NCBI RefSeq assembly: GCF_006345805.1
Contig: NC_043003.1
Coordinates: 65,844,001 to 65,908,000, forward strand
DNA from: Octopus sinensis
Lineage: Eukaryota
DNA: 64,000 nucleotides
Direction of reading: 5' to 3'
Below are positions 39,301-51,759 of this stretch, one piece after another. The stretch's first letter is position 1; each line of letters opens with the position of its first letter. The notes below the pieces were generated by a model, which was given only the letters and a program-made list of their open reading frames with translations, searched no databases and had not been told where the DNA came from. Made by a program: the position numbers and the translations under genes.

Positions 39301-40480
39301 TTTTTTTATATATAGTTACTACAGACATTCCGACGATGGCTGCTCCATTTGAACCGATCAATGGAACAGCTGGCTACTGGAATTAGTATGCAAGTGGCTG
39401 AGCACTCCACAGACACACATGCCCTTAACAAAGTTCTCAATGAGATTCAGCGTAACAGAGAATGCGGTAGGCCAGGCTCTTTCAATTACAAGTACAACAC
39501 ATTTGCCCAAGTTACTAGCATGCGGAAGGTAACTATAATCTACTCTGGGAGCGGCGGGAGTTTGAAGTTCCTGTTTGTAAATGAGTGCGAAGTATAAGAG
39601 GTTGCTGACAATTTGTATCCGGAAGATCAGTGTTGTACATGTAATTCCGGTCAAAGATAAATATCTATAAGATAAAGATAAATATCTAGAAGATAAATAT
39701 CTAGATATATATCTAGAAGACATAACATAACGTTGGGCTAAATGTGTTCACATAATTCTACATTTTGGCTTCAAATTTCATTTGATTTTGTTTTTATACT
39801 TGTAATTCATTTACTATTACAACTGAATTATTACATGCATTAGACTACAGTGACTGAAGCAAACGGCCTTGCATTTTCTGCAGAATAATCAGGTTTGCAA
39901 CTACGTATTCCAAAGAACAAAATGCAAATTTGATATAAGGCAATAAGATATTGGATGAAGATATAGATATTTAATAATAAATTTTCGCACCTAAATTAAT
40001 GATGTAATTGGAATGAAGTTGTAACTTAAATATCCAATATCCAATATCAATCGTTTATTGTAATGAAACATTAAAGAGGTTCTCTAAAACTTACTACAAA
40101 CTTACTCACCTGTGAGCTACGAAATTTTCTTTTAGAGAATTGCAGAAAATCAATACTGAAAAAGCACGATATAAAAAATGGTATATTTTTCATCATATCA
40201 GAGTACTATTAAAAGAGTTTAACACCGATAAGACGTCGGTCATCTCATTCTCGATCAGAGTATGATGGTTCATTTGCAGTGAATGACTGGAATCTAATTA
40301 TTATACTTTTATATGAAATGCTATTGAAATCTGTTGAGTTGAATAACTAAATGATAATAAAGAACGATTTCAGTAGATCAATGCATAAGATCTACGACTC
40401 CGATTAATTCCAGCTCTGTGGCAACTAACATGATTCGTCATACATTCTTGACTGAGCGATAATCCTATTAAGCCAAAGAG

Positions 40481-40598
40481 ATAAGCTGTTATTAAATCAA
40501 CGAGACGAGGTGATGAAACAATCTACAAAGAGGTTGTAAAGCAACAGCTTAATAGCGACGAGAGGCAAACAGCGATGTCCTTAGAAATCATTGTTGCT
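40481..40598 (+). repeat. 118-bp segment identical to 43094-43211 and to its duplicate near 44538
   Basis: ATAAGCTGTTATTAAATCAACGAGACGAGG...ATCATTGTTGCT is present three times. Confidence 0.9.
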
Positions 40599-40819
40599 TG
40601 GAAATTGCAGACCAATTGAATTTTCTGCGCACGTATAAAATTATAGTACACGTACATATGCATACACAATGCAATCCACATTTACACACACTCACAACGT
40701 CTAACGAATATGCATATATGTGTGCGTGTGTGTGTGTGCGTACATACATAATATATGCATGCATGTATATATACATATACATACACAAACTGGCATAGAA
40801 ATAGATAGACAGACAGACC

Positions 40820-40850
<31 letters not shown>

Positions 40851-43001
40851 AAGAGAGAGTGGGAGAGAGAGAGAGACAGACAGACAGAGACAGAGAAACA
40901 GAGGGAATTATAGTATACTACTTCAAGTTCTGAATGACGAGACACTGTTTGTCCATTTCCACATCATTACATTGGTCCGTACCATGCTTTGTAGGGCTTT
41001 CAAAAACAAAAAAAAAACACTATTTCCTCTCTCGGTCGATTTGAAGATGCCAACACCGACAAATTTCCTCAAAATGCCTGCATTGTAGACGGGTTCGGTT
41101 GCTGGCGGCTTCAACTCGCCCGTACCTGTAAATCTTACTTTGATTAGATAATGCATGTCCGTTGTATAATATATATTATCATATCCTTAAAATTAACGAG
41201 AAGAAATGATCTTGTCGACAAAGAATGATCTTGTCGACGGTTAGAATAAATTTCATCTTATCGTTGCTCATATCTTCCAGGACCCCTGTACAGAATGTGC
41301 AAGTTGGTTTTCCACCATCTATATGGACTAGAAGAATAAAGGCAGTGAAAACCTGACAACAGTTATCAAAGGTGAAACTTCTATCAGTGATTGATCAACA
41401 CTAGGCTCATTGCAGATATGTTAGTCTGCCAAAACGGTACTGGGCAGTAATCCGGATTTTTTAAAACAAGTTAATGCCAAATCGACTCCCTGACTCAAGG
41501 AACTGTCCAAACCCGTCGATAATGTCGCCAGAGTGATATAAATTTCAATTCTTCTCCTCCCATTTCTGGACGAGGGTGATCAACCAAACTAATGGAAATA
41601 AATATGATCAAAATTAAAGACAAATATTTCTCAAGATAATGTTAAGTAGTATTAAAAAATCATATATCTCCCTACAGACCAAGGATTGTAACCTCCAAGA
41701 TACTAACATGAACTAAAGCAAATTGCAAACCAGACCATTGCGTACTTAATGTAAACGAACAAGAATTCGCTTACGCCAAGTTACAAAGATAAGCGCGCGC
41801 TCCGTCAGATCCGCTAATACAGATTTACAAAATCATAAAACATACCTAACAAATTGGAGGGCAAATATGTAGAGAGAGAAAATAAAAGAAATTAGTTGAA
41901 CTTTAATGTAAGTAATATATATGATAGACGCAATTATGAAAAACGAAGCAACGCTTGTAACGAGAAATACTTTCTAAATAGTATCAACACAAAAAAGTTG
42001 AGACAGTTAGTTGAATGAAGCGGTATTCGACTCCAACCCCAAAAGTTTATGAAGAACATGTGACTATACTTCTTATATGTGGGTCATGGAAATATTTGCT
42101 AGGAATAAAATAATAGCATTAGAAAGAAAGATGAAATATATCTTGATGAAATGTCATTCATAAGTGGCAAACGATTCTACAGATACTGACAGAGGGAAAC
42201 GTATAAAGCAGCCAAATTCGTAAACTTTTCATAACAAGAGGAATATTTCAACTAATTTCTAGTGTTCATCTGTCAGAGAAAGTTCTAGCGAAGGCAATAA
42301 GGCAGGACAATATTGCAGAAGATCTCACTTCGCACAATCCTTTCAAATTGCTATTTACTTTTTTTTTAGCCTTTATTATTGATGTGATGTAATTCGGCAA
42401 GATGGCAGAATTTTTGTGCGTCGGGAAAAATAGTTAGCGGCATTTCTTCCAGCTTTACGTTCTAACTTCAGATTCTGCCGAGGTCTTTTTTTTTCCCATT
42501 CATATTTCCGCGGTGGAGACCGAGGATCATTGCCATCAACTGTCTCCACACCTCCAAAATTTCTAGCCTTCTGCCCATAACAATAAGAATTATTTTCATG
42601 ATAACGAGAAGAAAAGTGTGTGCTCATGCGTTTTCTTGTTGTTGTTGTTGTTGTTGTTGGTATTATTGTTACTTTTCATTATACTATTCAAATTTGTGTT
42701 TTCGGAAATTAAATTGTGACTGGACGTAAGAGAGTATTAAAATATTTTAATATCATTTTTTCTTTGTTCATCTTCATATATTTACCAATATATTTATTTA
42801 TTTGTTTATTCGGAAATATGTTTATCTTTCAATTTTTATTCTTTTATTTGTGTGTTGAAAAAATATATTACCGTTTCTTGTTTCCTTTTCGATGACTCGC
42901 TTACTTCAGTAAGCTAATTCATGGTTATTTTCTAATTTTGTTTCGAAGCTTACTGCTCCGCCTAGTAAACAATGTCATTTTCAAAATTAGCTTCAACAGT
43001 G

Positions 43002-43022
43002 TATATATATATATATATATAT

Positions 43023-43062
<40 letters not shown>

Positions 43063-44466
43063 ATAGCGGTGTGTGTTTGTGACTAGAAGAATAATAAGCT
43101 GTTATTAAATCAACGAGACGAGGTGATGAAACAATCTACAAAGAGGTTGTAAAGCAACAGCTTAATAGCGACGAGAGGCAAACAGCGATGTCCTTAGAAA
43201 TCATTGTTGCTGGAAACATAAGTGAAGTTGTTTTTGACCTCTTGCCTCACCCATGTATCACGTGGCACACAGACACGTTTCCTTGGCATCCATGCATCAT
43301 ATATGATATACATTCCCAATAGTACTCCTGTCTACCTCGTGTATTGATGCAAACCTTCCTACTTTCCAAACAACTCATGTCTGTAAAACTAAAGAAAAGA
43401 AAGGTAATGATATATGTCCCATAAAACTAATCAATAAAACAAAACGGCCTTGAGATACGTCCATTCATGACAAACACAAATGTTTGATAATGAATTTTGC
43501 ATAGGTATAAGGCTTGAATATTAAATCGACCCCACAGCTGGTCTAGTTTTATATTTTATCTAACACGGAGGGATGGAGGCAAATTGATTTTCCACGGCTG
43601 AATTCAGAGCGTATAGATCTGGATGAAATATCGTATTGCATTTCGTCCAGTGCTTTAACAACTCTATAAATCGGTCACCAAGATTTAGATAATTTTTTAA
43701 CTAATTTTGTCAGAATGTCATCAATTTTGGAGGGAGTGGGAACGTCTATTACATTGACATCAGTATGCGGTTGGCACACATTTCATCAACTCAGAAAGGA
43801 TGAAAGCAAAGCTGACTTGAGCGGGATGTAAATACAGAACGTTAAGAACCGGAAAAAAATCATTATTCATTTTGTCCGGCGCTTTAACTATTTTAGCAAT
43901 ACACTGTACCAGCAATAACAACCCTTTCTTCTTTAGGGACACATTTTGAAACTTTAGGAGAGGCATTGCTGGTTCAAGATGAACTCTATAGACAGAGTAG
44001 ATTTCTTTTGGCAAACAGGTCCACCATACATAACACCTTGATCACCTTGACCGACCAGACCGTCGAGCATCCATTTGATACCGCTGGTCACAGCACGCTG
44101 TCCACTCCTCTCTGAATCGCGGCTTTCTCATCCACGTTATCCCAATCAATGAGTCAACAGCATTGATATTCGCAGATAAATTCAGTTTAGAATTATACCA
44201 CAATATATGTATGGTGATATGGTGGTGGGTTCACCATATATATATTGTGGTATAATCCTATGCTGAAGGTATCTGCGAATATCAAGACTGTTGATTCACT
44301 GAAACACGGTGACTTCCGGCTAAAATAATATGTCTTGTCTCTAGATCTGGCCCTGAAGTGATGATAGTATCCGAAGGATAGTAAGGGAAGTGAATAAGGT
44401 TTAGATATCTACATGTAACTTCAATATTACAATCACCATAAGTCTTATATATATATATATATATAT

Positions 44467-44506
<40 letters not shown>

Positions 44507-45912
44507 ATAGCGGTGTGTGTTTGTGACTAGAAGAATAATAAGCTGTTATTAAATCAACGAGACGAGGTGATGAAACAATCTACAAAGAGGTTGTAAAGCA
44601 ACAGCTTAATAGCGACGAGAGGCAAACAGCGATGTCCTTAGAAATCATTGTTGCTGGAAACATAAGTGAAGTTGTTTTTGACCTCTTGCCTCACCCATGT
44701 ATCACGTGGCACACAGGACACGTTTCCTTGGCATCCATGCATCATATATGATATACATTCCCAATAGTACTCCTGTCTACCTCGTGTATTGATGCAAACC
44801 TTCCTACTTTCCAAACAACTCATGTCTGTAAAACTAAAGAAAAGAAAGGTAATGATATATGTCCCATAAAACTAATCAATAAAACAAAACGGCCTTGAGA
44901 TACGTCCATTCATGACAAACACAAATGTTTGATAATGAATTTTGCATAGGTATAAGGCTTGAATATTAAATCGACCCCACAGCTGGTCTAGTTTTATATT
45001 TTATCTAACACGGAGGGATGGAGGCAAATTGATTTTCCACGGCTGAATTCAGAGCGTATAGATCTGGATGAAATATCGTATTGCATTTCGTCCAGTGCTT
45101 TAACAACTCTATAAATCGGTCACCAAGATTTAGATAATTTTTTAACTAATTTTGTCAGAATGTCATCAATTTTGGAGGGAGTGGGAACGTCTATTACATT
45201 GACATCAGTATGCGGTTGGCACACATTTCATCAACTCAGAAAGGATGAAAGCAAAGCTGACTTGAGCGGGATGTAAATACAGAACGTTAAGAACCGGAAA
45301 AAAATCATTATTCATTTTGTCCGGCGCTTTAACTATTTTAGCAATACACTGTACCAGCAATAACAACCCTTTCTTCTTTAGGGACACATTTTGAAACTTT
45401 AGGAGAGGCATTGCTGGTTCAAGATGAACTCTATAGACAGAGTAGATTTCTTTTGGCAAACAGGTCCACCATACATAACACCTTGATCACCTTGACCGAC
45501 CAGACCGTCGAGCATCCATTTGATACCGCTGGTCACAGCACGCTGTCCACTCCTCTCTGAATCGCGGCTTTCTCATCCACGTTATCCCAATCAATGAGTC
45601 AACAGCATTGATATTCGCAGATAAATTCAGTTTAGAATTATACCACAATATATGTATGGTGATATGGTGGTGGGTTCACCATATATATATTGTGGTATAA
45701 TCCTATGCTGAAGGTATCTGCGAATATCAAGACTGTTGATTCACTGAAACACGGTGACTTCCGGCTAAAATAATATGTCTTGTCTCTAGATCTGGCCCTG
45801 AAGTGATGATAGTATCCGAAGGATAGTAAGGGAAGTGAATAAGGTTTAGATATCTACATGTAACTTCAATATTACAATCACCATAAGTCTTATATATATA
45901 TATATATATATA
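43002..45912 (+). repeat. Near-perfect tandem duplication of a ~1444-1445-bp unit with (TA)n at each junction
   Basis: The offset is 1444 at the start (43081 vs 44525) and 1445 later (identical ORFs at 43760 and 45205). The only difference I saw is ACACAGACAC vs ACACAGGACAC. Confidence 0.95.
44146..44302. repeat. ~72-bp-arm imperfect hairpin with a 13-nt loop (duplicated at 45591-45747)
   Basis: TCAATGAGTCAACAG..TTGATATTCGCAGATA..ATTATACCACAATATATGTATGGTGA pairs with TCACCATATATATATTGTGGTATAAT..TATCTGCGAATATCAA..CTGTTGATTCACTGA. Confidence 0.85.
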
Positions 45913-46374
45913 TTCTTACCAAGGCAAGGTATTATTGAGGTAATTATCCCTCGCGATCTCCTGCAACCATATAAGAACTAACAACGCTTCATGCTTTCTC
46001 GATTATAACCTTTATTACCCTAGCAAATTGTTTGCATTTCCATGGCTTGGAGCACATTCTTTAACACTAGCAAACATAGATCCTGTCATAAGACAAAGAA
46101 AGTTTGTAACAGCCGAGACTACCAACACGTTTTTCAACTGTTTTTTTGCTTATGAATCTGTTTTATTGTATTTACTGACTGTCTCTCAATTAGTATTATA
46201 AACACTACTTTATTTAATCTAATCAACATCAAAATAATCGTTTTCATTACAATTATGATTTATAATTTACACTAGTGCTCTAATTATCCACTTAACTTAT
46301 TCATTAATTTGGCCAATGTGGGTTTTTATGCAACAATCGATCTATAATTTCTTAATCACACTGTCATATGACAA

Positions 46375-46780
46375 ATAATCTTTTCTACTTTAGGCACAAG
46401 GCCTGAAATATTGGGGGAGGGGACTAGTCGATTACACCGACCCCAGTGTTGCATTGGTTCTTAGTTTACCGACCCCAAAAGGATGAAAGGCATAGTCGAC
46501 CTCGGCGGAATTTGAACTCAGAACGTAGCGGCAGACGAAATACCTATTTCTTTTTTCTACCCACAAGGGGCTAAACACAGAGAGGAAAAACAAGGACAAA
46601 CAAACGGATTAAGTCGATTATATCGACCCCAATGCATAACTGGTACTTATTTAATCGACCCCGAAAGGTTGAAAGACAAAGTCGACCTCGGCGGAATTTG
46701 AACTCAGAACGTAACGGCAGACGAAATACCGCTAAGCATTTTGCCCGGCGTGCTAACGATTCTACCAGCTCGCCCCTTAG
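46375..46780 (-). mobile_element. Dimeric SINE family 1
   Basis: Same tail-B to headless-monomer junction (…AAAGAAATA|GGTATTTCGTCTG on the minus strand). Confidence 0.85.
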
Positions 46781-47277
46781 TATATGACAAATAATATAAC
46801 GTACGCTAGATTAGGTTTCCGTCATGAAAGTAAAAACTACCTTAGTATATCCTGAAGCAGTATCTTTCAACGCGGTCTTCTTTATTCACTTCTAACAATA
46901 GAAGAACTAGCTATATACGGGTTAATTTTCTTCGTATCCATTTATATTGTCGTGGTAGCTTATGTTGTCAATGGTAAATTAAAATGTCGTGCTATTATTT
47001 ATTCATAGCCTATTTATACTAACGTAGAAGCAGTGACTTTCATATTCTCGTATATGTATATGTGTGTGTGTGTGTGTGTGTGTGCGTGTGTGTGTGTGTG
47101 TGTATGTGTGTGTTTGTGTGTACATATTTACATACACACGCACATGCACACATATGTATTCACGCACTCGCAAAATCTCACACCAGTATTTCCATGAGGC
47201 ACCTTTGAACAATTGTGATCATCCATGGTCACACATACAAACATACACATAATTCTCTTGTACACGCTCACACATAC

Positions 47278-47496
47278 ACAGAGTTGAAACGCTGTTTGAT
47301 TTTTCTTTTCAGCGTTGAATGTTCACCATCCTAATTCCATTGCGCGCACACACACACACACACACACAAACCCATAGCTCCCTTTTACATTGACACGCAT
47401 ATACTCAGACAGATTTGATAAGCTGTTTGGTTTTTATTAGCATTGAATGCTCACCATCCCACTTCCATTCACACAAACACACACACGCGCGCGCGA

Positions 47497-47541
<45 letters not shown>

Positions 47542-47612
47542 CACATACCTCCCTTTTACATTCACGCACATATACTCACACAGAGTTGTAACGCTCTTTG
47601 ATATTTTTTTTC
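47278..47612 (+). repeat. Old tandem repeat (about 2.3 units) containing a variable microsatellite
   Basis: CAGA(G/T)TTG..A.GCT.TTTG starts at about 47278, 47410 and 47581. The first two units share TTGAATG.TCACCATCC and CTCCCTTTTACATT. Confidence 0.75.
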
Positions 47613-48084
47613 ACCGTAGTATTTCCATTATCCCACTACCATTTCGCTGTCACTCCTTCCTTATTCATTTATCATCTCTTCCTTTCTCATTCATATGTTG
47701 CGACAAAGAAAGACACAACAGTATTATTATAGTAGATTATTTTCTGACAAAATACTTGCCAGCATTTCGCCGTTTTTGCGTTCAGAGTTCAAATTGCACA
47801 CAGGTTGACTCTGGCTTTTATCATTTCGAAGTTGACAAAATAAGTATCACTTGAATACTGGGACCGATTTAATCGATTAGCACTCTCTCTAGAAATTGTT
47901 GGCCTTAATCTGGAAATAATGGTTCCAGATTCTGGAATCATTACTTGCCGTTTTAGTAAGGCGTCGGACAGACAAAATCGGAGGCAGGCCAGGAAAATGC
48001 TTAGCAGCATTTCGTTCGTCTTCACGTCCCCTCAAAAACTCTTGGCCCTCTGCCAGAATTTGAAATCAATATTTCCTGCTTTGT

Positions 48085-48325
48085 GGAGGTACGTGGCTTA
48101 GTGGTTAAGGTGTCAGCATCATGATCGTAAGATTGTGGTTTCGATTCCTGGACCGGGAGACGCATTGTGTTCTTGAGCAAAACACTTCATTTCTCGTTGC
48201 TCCAGTCCACTCAGCTGGCAAAAATGAGTAGCGCTACGATGGACTGGCGTCCCGTTCAGCTGGGGATCATATGCAATTGAAACCGTGAATCCAGGCCCAT
48301 GAGCCTGACTAGGCTTTAAAAGGGT
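48085..48325 (+). mobile_element. tRNA-derived SINE, family 3
   Basis: Box A TGGCTTAGTGG, box B GTTTCGATTCC, central TGTGTTCTTGAGCAAAACACTT and tail ATGAGCCTGACTAGGCTT. Confidence 0.8.
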
Positions 48326-48329
48326 TCAT

Positions 48330-48640
48330 TTGTGGAGGCGCAATCGCCCAGTGGGTAGGGCAGCGGACTCGCAGTCGGAGGATTGCGGTTTCGATTCCCA
48401 GACCGAGCGTTGTGTATTTATTGAGCGAAAACACCTAAAGCTCCACGAGGCTTTGGCAGGGGGTGGTGGCAAGCTCTGTTGTACTCTTTCGCCCCAACTT
48501 TCTCTCACTCATTCTTCCTGAATCTTGGGTTACGCTGCGATGGACGGGCGTCCCGTCCAGCTGGTGGGAACACATACGTCACAGAAACCGGGAAACCGGG
48601 CCCATGAGCCTGGCTAGGCTTGAAAAAAGCACATGAAAAA
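48330..48640 (+). mobile_element. tRNA-derived SINE, family 3 variant, in tandem with the previous copy
   Basis: Head GGCGCAATCGCCCAGTGGGTAGGGCAGCGGACTCGCAG..GTTTCGATTCCC; shares the 3' part GCGTCCCGTCCAGCTGG..AAACCGGGCCCATGAGCCTGG. Confidence 0.75.
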
Positions 48641-49099
48641 TAAAACGTTCCTGCTTTAGTTTCGTTTTAGACTGAAGCAGTGAGATATATTCAAACAGTA
48701 AGACATGCAGTATTTAGTGTTGTCTTTCTTGCAGCGCTCGGACTGTCATTACTTTTGGTTTGAATAAATATCTATCACGTATTGATAAAAGCGTGTTGTC
48801 TAGTTATTAGGGGGTGTTGCTCGCACGATCGCAGTTATAATTACTGGACTGGGTGGTGCGTTGTGTACTTGGGCAAATCACTTCATTTTATGTCGTTGCA
48901 GGAGTAATTCTGGGACGGGCTAGTGTCGCGTCCAGGGAGAATGTTTTAATCCTGGTCGCATGTATAACATGCAAAGCGGGTGATACTATGAAACCTACAG
49001 TTTGAGACAGAAGTATCAAAGGGTTAATGGCTGCTGCTGCCCCTGCTAGTAATGATGATAATGATGACGATAAAGAGAGGAATATCATATGTTTTTATT

Positions 49100-49435
49100 C
49101 CTTTACTTATTTCAGTCATTTAGGAGCGGCGATGCAGGAACACCGGCTTGAAGGGATATAGCCGAACAAAGCGACCCGAAGACTTACTTTTAAGCCTAGT
49201 ACTTATACTCTTGGTATTGTAGCCCCACCGCTAAGTCACGGGGTCGTAAACACATTAGATACGAACACATATTTATATGACAGGCTTCTTTCAGCTTCCG
49301 TCTGCCAAATCCACTTACAAAGGTTTATTCGGCCCGAGGCTATAGTAGAGGACACCTAAGGTTCCGATCAGTGGGACTGAACTCGGGACCGTATGGTGGG
49401 GTAGAAAGCTTCTTACCCCACAGCCACGCCTGCAC
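49100..49435 (-). mobile_element. SINE family 2
   Basis: Reverse complement of the tail through the head (CTTACCCCACAGCCACGCCT). Confidence 0.75.
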
Positions 49436-49488
49436 GCTACACTCGGTATAATTGGTTATAACGATATTTCAAACAGTATTACCTTGTA

Positions 49489-50392
49489 CATTATTTACAT
49501 TTGACGGGAATATGGTGTAGTGTTTAAGAGCACGGGCTACTAACCCCAAGATTCCGAGTTCGATTCTAGACAGTGACCTGAATAATAATAATAATATAAT
49601 AATAATAATAATAAAAGCCCTGATGCAGTACCAGACAGTGGCTCTCATGGCTTCTCATCTAAACTGATTGGAAGTGTTATCATGTGTATTCTTTTGTCTT
49701 GATATAAATGATGGGCTACAGCAAATATTCTGCTCAGTACCACAGATTTGCTTGTCAGTTGTTTGACCGTAACCATTTGACCATATCCCATAGTGGCTGA
49801 TGAAAATGTGCATCTCTGATCATGAGCAGAAGTAGTGGGGGAGCATTATAGCCATGTATTGAAAGGAATTCTTGGAAGTTTGGATAATTCACTTTTGGAA
49901 ACATGGGTGGTTCGTTCAACATCCTTAAACGATCCTTATTCTGTGACCTTTTGAGCGGGATGGGCTACTCGACCAGAGGAAAATTCTAACTGGCCCCCAC
50001 CTGCCAGGTTATGCGCTGTTTATCTTGATATGAGATCACCATGTCGCGCACATATGGTTGTGATGCATGAACCTGGTGTACTTTTATCAGATGGGTAGTC
50101 ATGATGGGTATACTGGGCTTCGTATATTTTTACCCCAGTGATGGCATGCACTGCTCTCTCACTCAATAATAATTATAATAACAACAACAACAACAACAAC
50201 AAAAACTATAATAATAATAACATCGAAAAATACCTTAGGAATGACAACCCAGATTCAAAATTTCTCCAAGACACCTGATGAAGCCTGGAGTGTATATCAG
50301 CCAAAATGTTAACAACAAACAAGATGAGGACAAATAAATGTAAATAATGTAAATAAAGTACATAATTTCTCATCTCTTAAGTATAGAACTCT
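49489..50392 (+). mobile_element. tRNA-headed element with (AAT)n tract and hammerhead-motif tail; complete insertion with 14-bp target-site duplication, interrupted by a nested repeat
   Basis: Box A TGGTGTAGTGTT (49513), box B GAGTTCGATTCT (49556) and anticodon-like arm GGG-CTACTAA-CCC. ACAC-CTGATGA at 50271; tail ends ...AGTATAGAACT. AGTATTACCTTGTA flanks both ends (49475-49488 and 50393-50406). Confidence 0.8.
49613..50164. mobile_element. ~550-bp non-coding repeat nested in the (AAT)n tract of the host element
   Basis: Sequence from AAAGCCCTGATGCAGTACC to CTCTCTCACTC is bounded by (AAT)n on both sides. It is absent from the homologous element at 57622-57915, where the ATT tract is uninterrupted. 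Confidence 0.7.
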
Positions 50393-50920
50393 AGTATTAC
50401 CTTGTATTACTCAAATAATATATTCGGTCAAATACCAGTGGTTGGAATTTCAAAGCTAAAATGTTGCGCCCAAATGATTGAAAGTCTCTTGTATTAATTA
50501 GGAGGTGTGCAATATTGTTTTCGTGGTTGCGCAAAATTTAATTGTTTCGTTAGTCGTCGTATTAATGGAATTGTCAAGATGGTGGCAGTGATAGTTACCG
50601 AAGAAAAAAGGGAGTCGAGGGTCTTTTTATCCTCTCGTCCAAGCGTGAAAATGAAAACCCTAATATCGACGAACCACCTGGTTATCAACCATTTCATGAT
50701 GGACGCAATGAAATATGAATGAAAGATTAGTTGTTGAGGGAATAATTTATCTCTTTTCAGCAAAATGTTTCAAAAAAATTTTAAGTCTAATTTCAGAGGA
50801 TTAATGATCCCAACATAATGCCTTCAGGATCTACAGTGATTGCAGAAATAATGTATTCAACAACTAAATCAACAGGTGAACGAAATAATTCATACGTGCA
50901 TATATACATAAATAAAAAAA

Positions 50921-51165
50921 TAAATATTCCTTCTCGAGCCATGCCAGGCTCATGGGCCCGGTTTCCTGGTTTCAGTGACGTAGAAATTCCCCCACCTGGA
51001 CGGGACGCCGGTCCGTCGCAGGATTACTCATTTTTGCCAGCTGAGTGGACTGGAACAACGAGAAATTAAGTGTTTTGCTCAAGAACACAACACGTCGCCC
51101 GGTCCAGGAATCGAAACCACAACTTTACGATCATGAGTTCAACACCTTAACCACTAAGCCACGTT
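50921..51165 (-). mobile_element. tRNA-derived SINE, family 3
   Basis: Reverse complement of the 48085 copy; tail ATGAGCCTGGCATGGCTCGAGAAGGAATATTTA. Confidence 0.8.
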
Positions 51166-51179
51166 TCTCCACACATACA

Positions 51180-51335
51180 TACATACTTTTCGCTTATTCC
51201 TTTCTGTCGAAGAGCGTAGGTTCGAAACGCCAAAGACTTTTCCCTTGTTCTCCAGCGCCAAACTAATACACTTGTTTGTTGTTCCTCCACTTGTCTTCTC
51301 TTTCTTTTTCTATAAATTTGAACTATATATATATA
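51180..51335 (+). mobile_element. Hammerhead-motif repeat, same family as 1100-1310
   Basis: CTTT-CTGTCGA-A-GAGC-GTAG-GTTC-GAAA-CGCC-AAAG at 51200-51235, with the same tail to (TA)n. Confidence 0.65.
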
Positions 51336-51595
51336 TATATATATATTCCTTTAGTCGTTTATTCTTTTACTTGTTTTAGTCATTTTGACTGTGGCCATGC
51401 TGGAGCACCGCCTTTAGTTGAGCAAATCAAACCCAGGACTTATTCTTTGTAAGCCTAGTACTTATTATATCGGATCTCTTGCCGAAACGCTAATGTATGG
51501 GGACGTGAAAGCACCAACATCGGTTGTCAAGTGATGGTGGAGAGACAAACACACACATAAACATATCCATATATACATAATATATAAATATTAAG

Positions 51596-51653
<58 letters not shown>

Positions 51654-51759
51654 TTATAAAAACTTAGATAAACATAGAAATGTTTCGACCAAAGATTGGC
51701 CCAGGCCATGTCTTACTTAATAGCAACACCTGATAGGATTATCTAAATCATTTTACAGT

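Noticed and set aside
39310-39600. 82-aa ORF or transposase remnant
   Set aside because: Only a vague resemblance to DNA-transposase motifs; no anchor motif could be confirmed by eye.
40940-41130. GC-richer segment with a possible minus-strand acceptor (atttacag|G)
   Set aside because: No recognisable protein in any frame and no matching donor identified; not the missing HS3ST exon.
43760-45459. Two identical 84-aa ORFs as a duplicated gene
   Set aside because: They overlap decayed SINE sequence inside the tandem duplication and have no recognisable domain.
49510-49580. tRNA gene
   Set aside because: Box A, box B and an anticodon-like loop are present, but there is no convincing acceptor stem and it runs into a repeat body. 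It is treated as a SINE head, as are the heads at 48085, 48330 and 21704.
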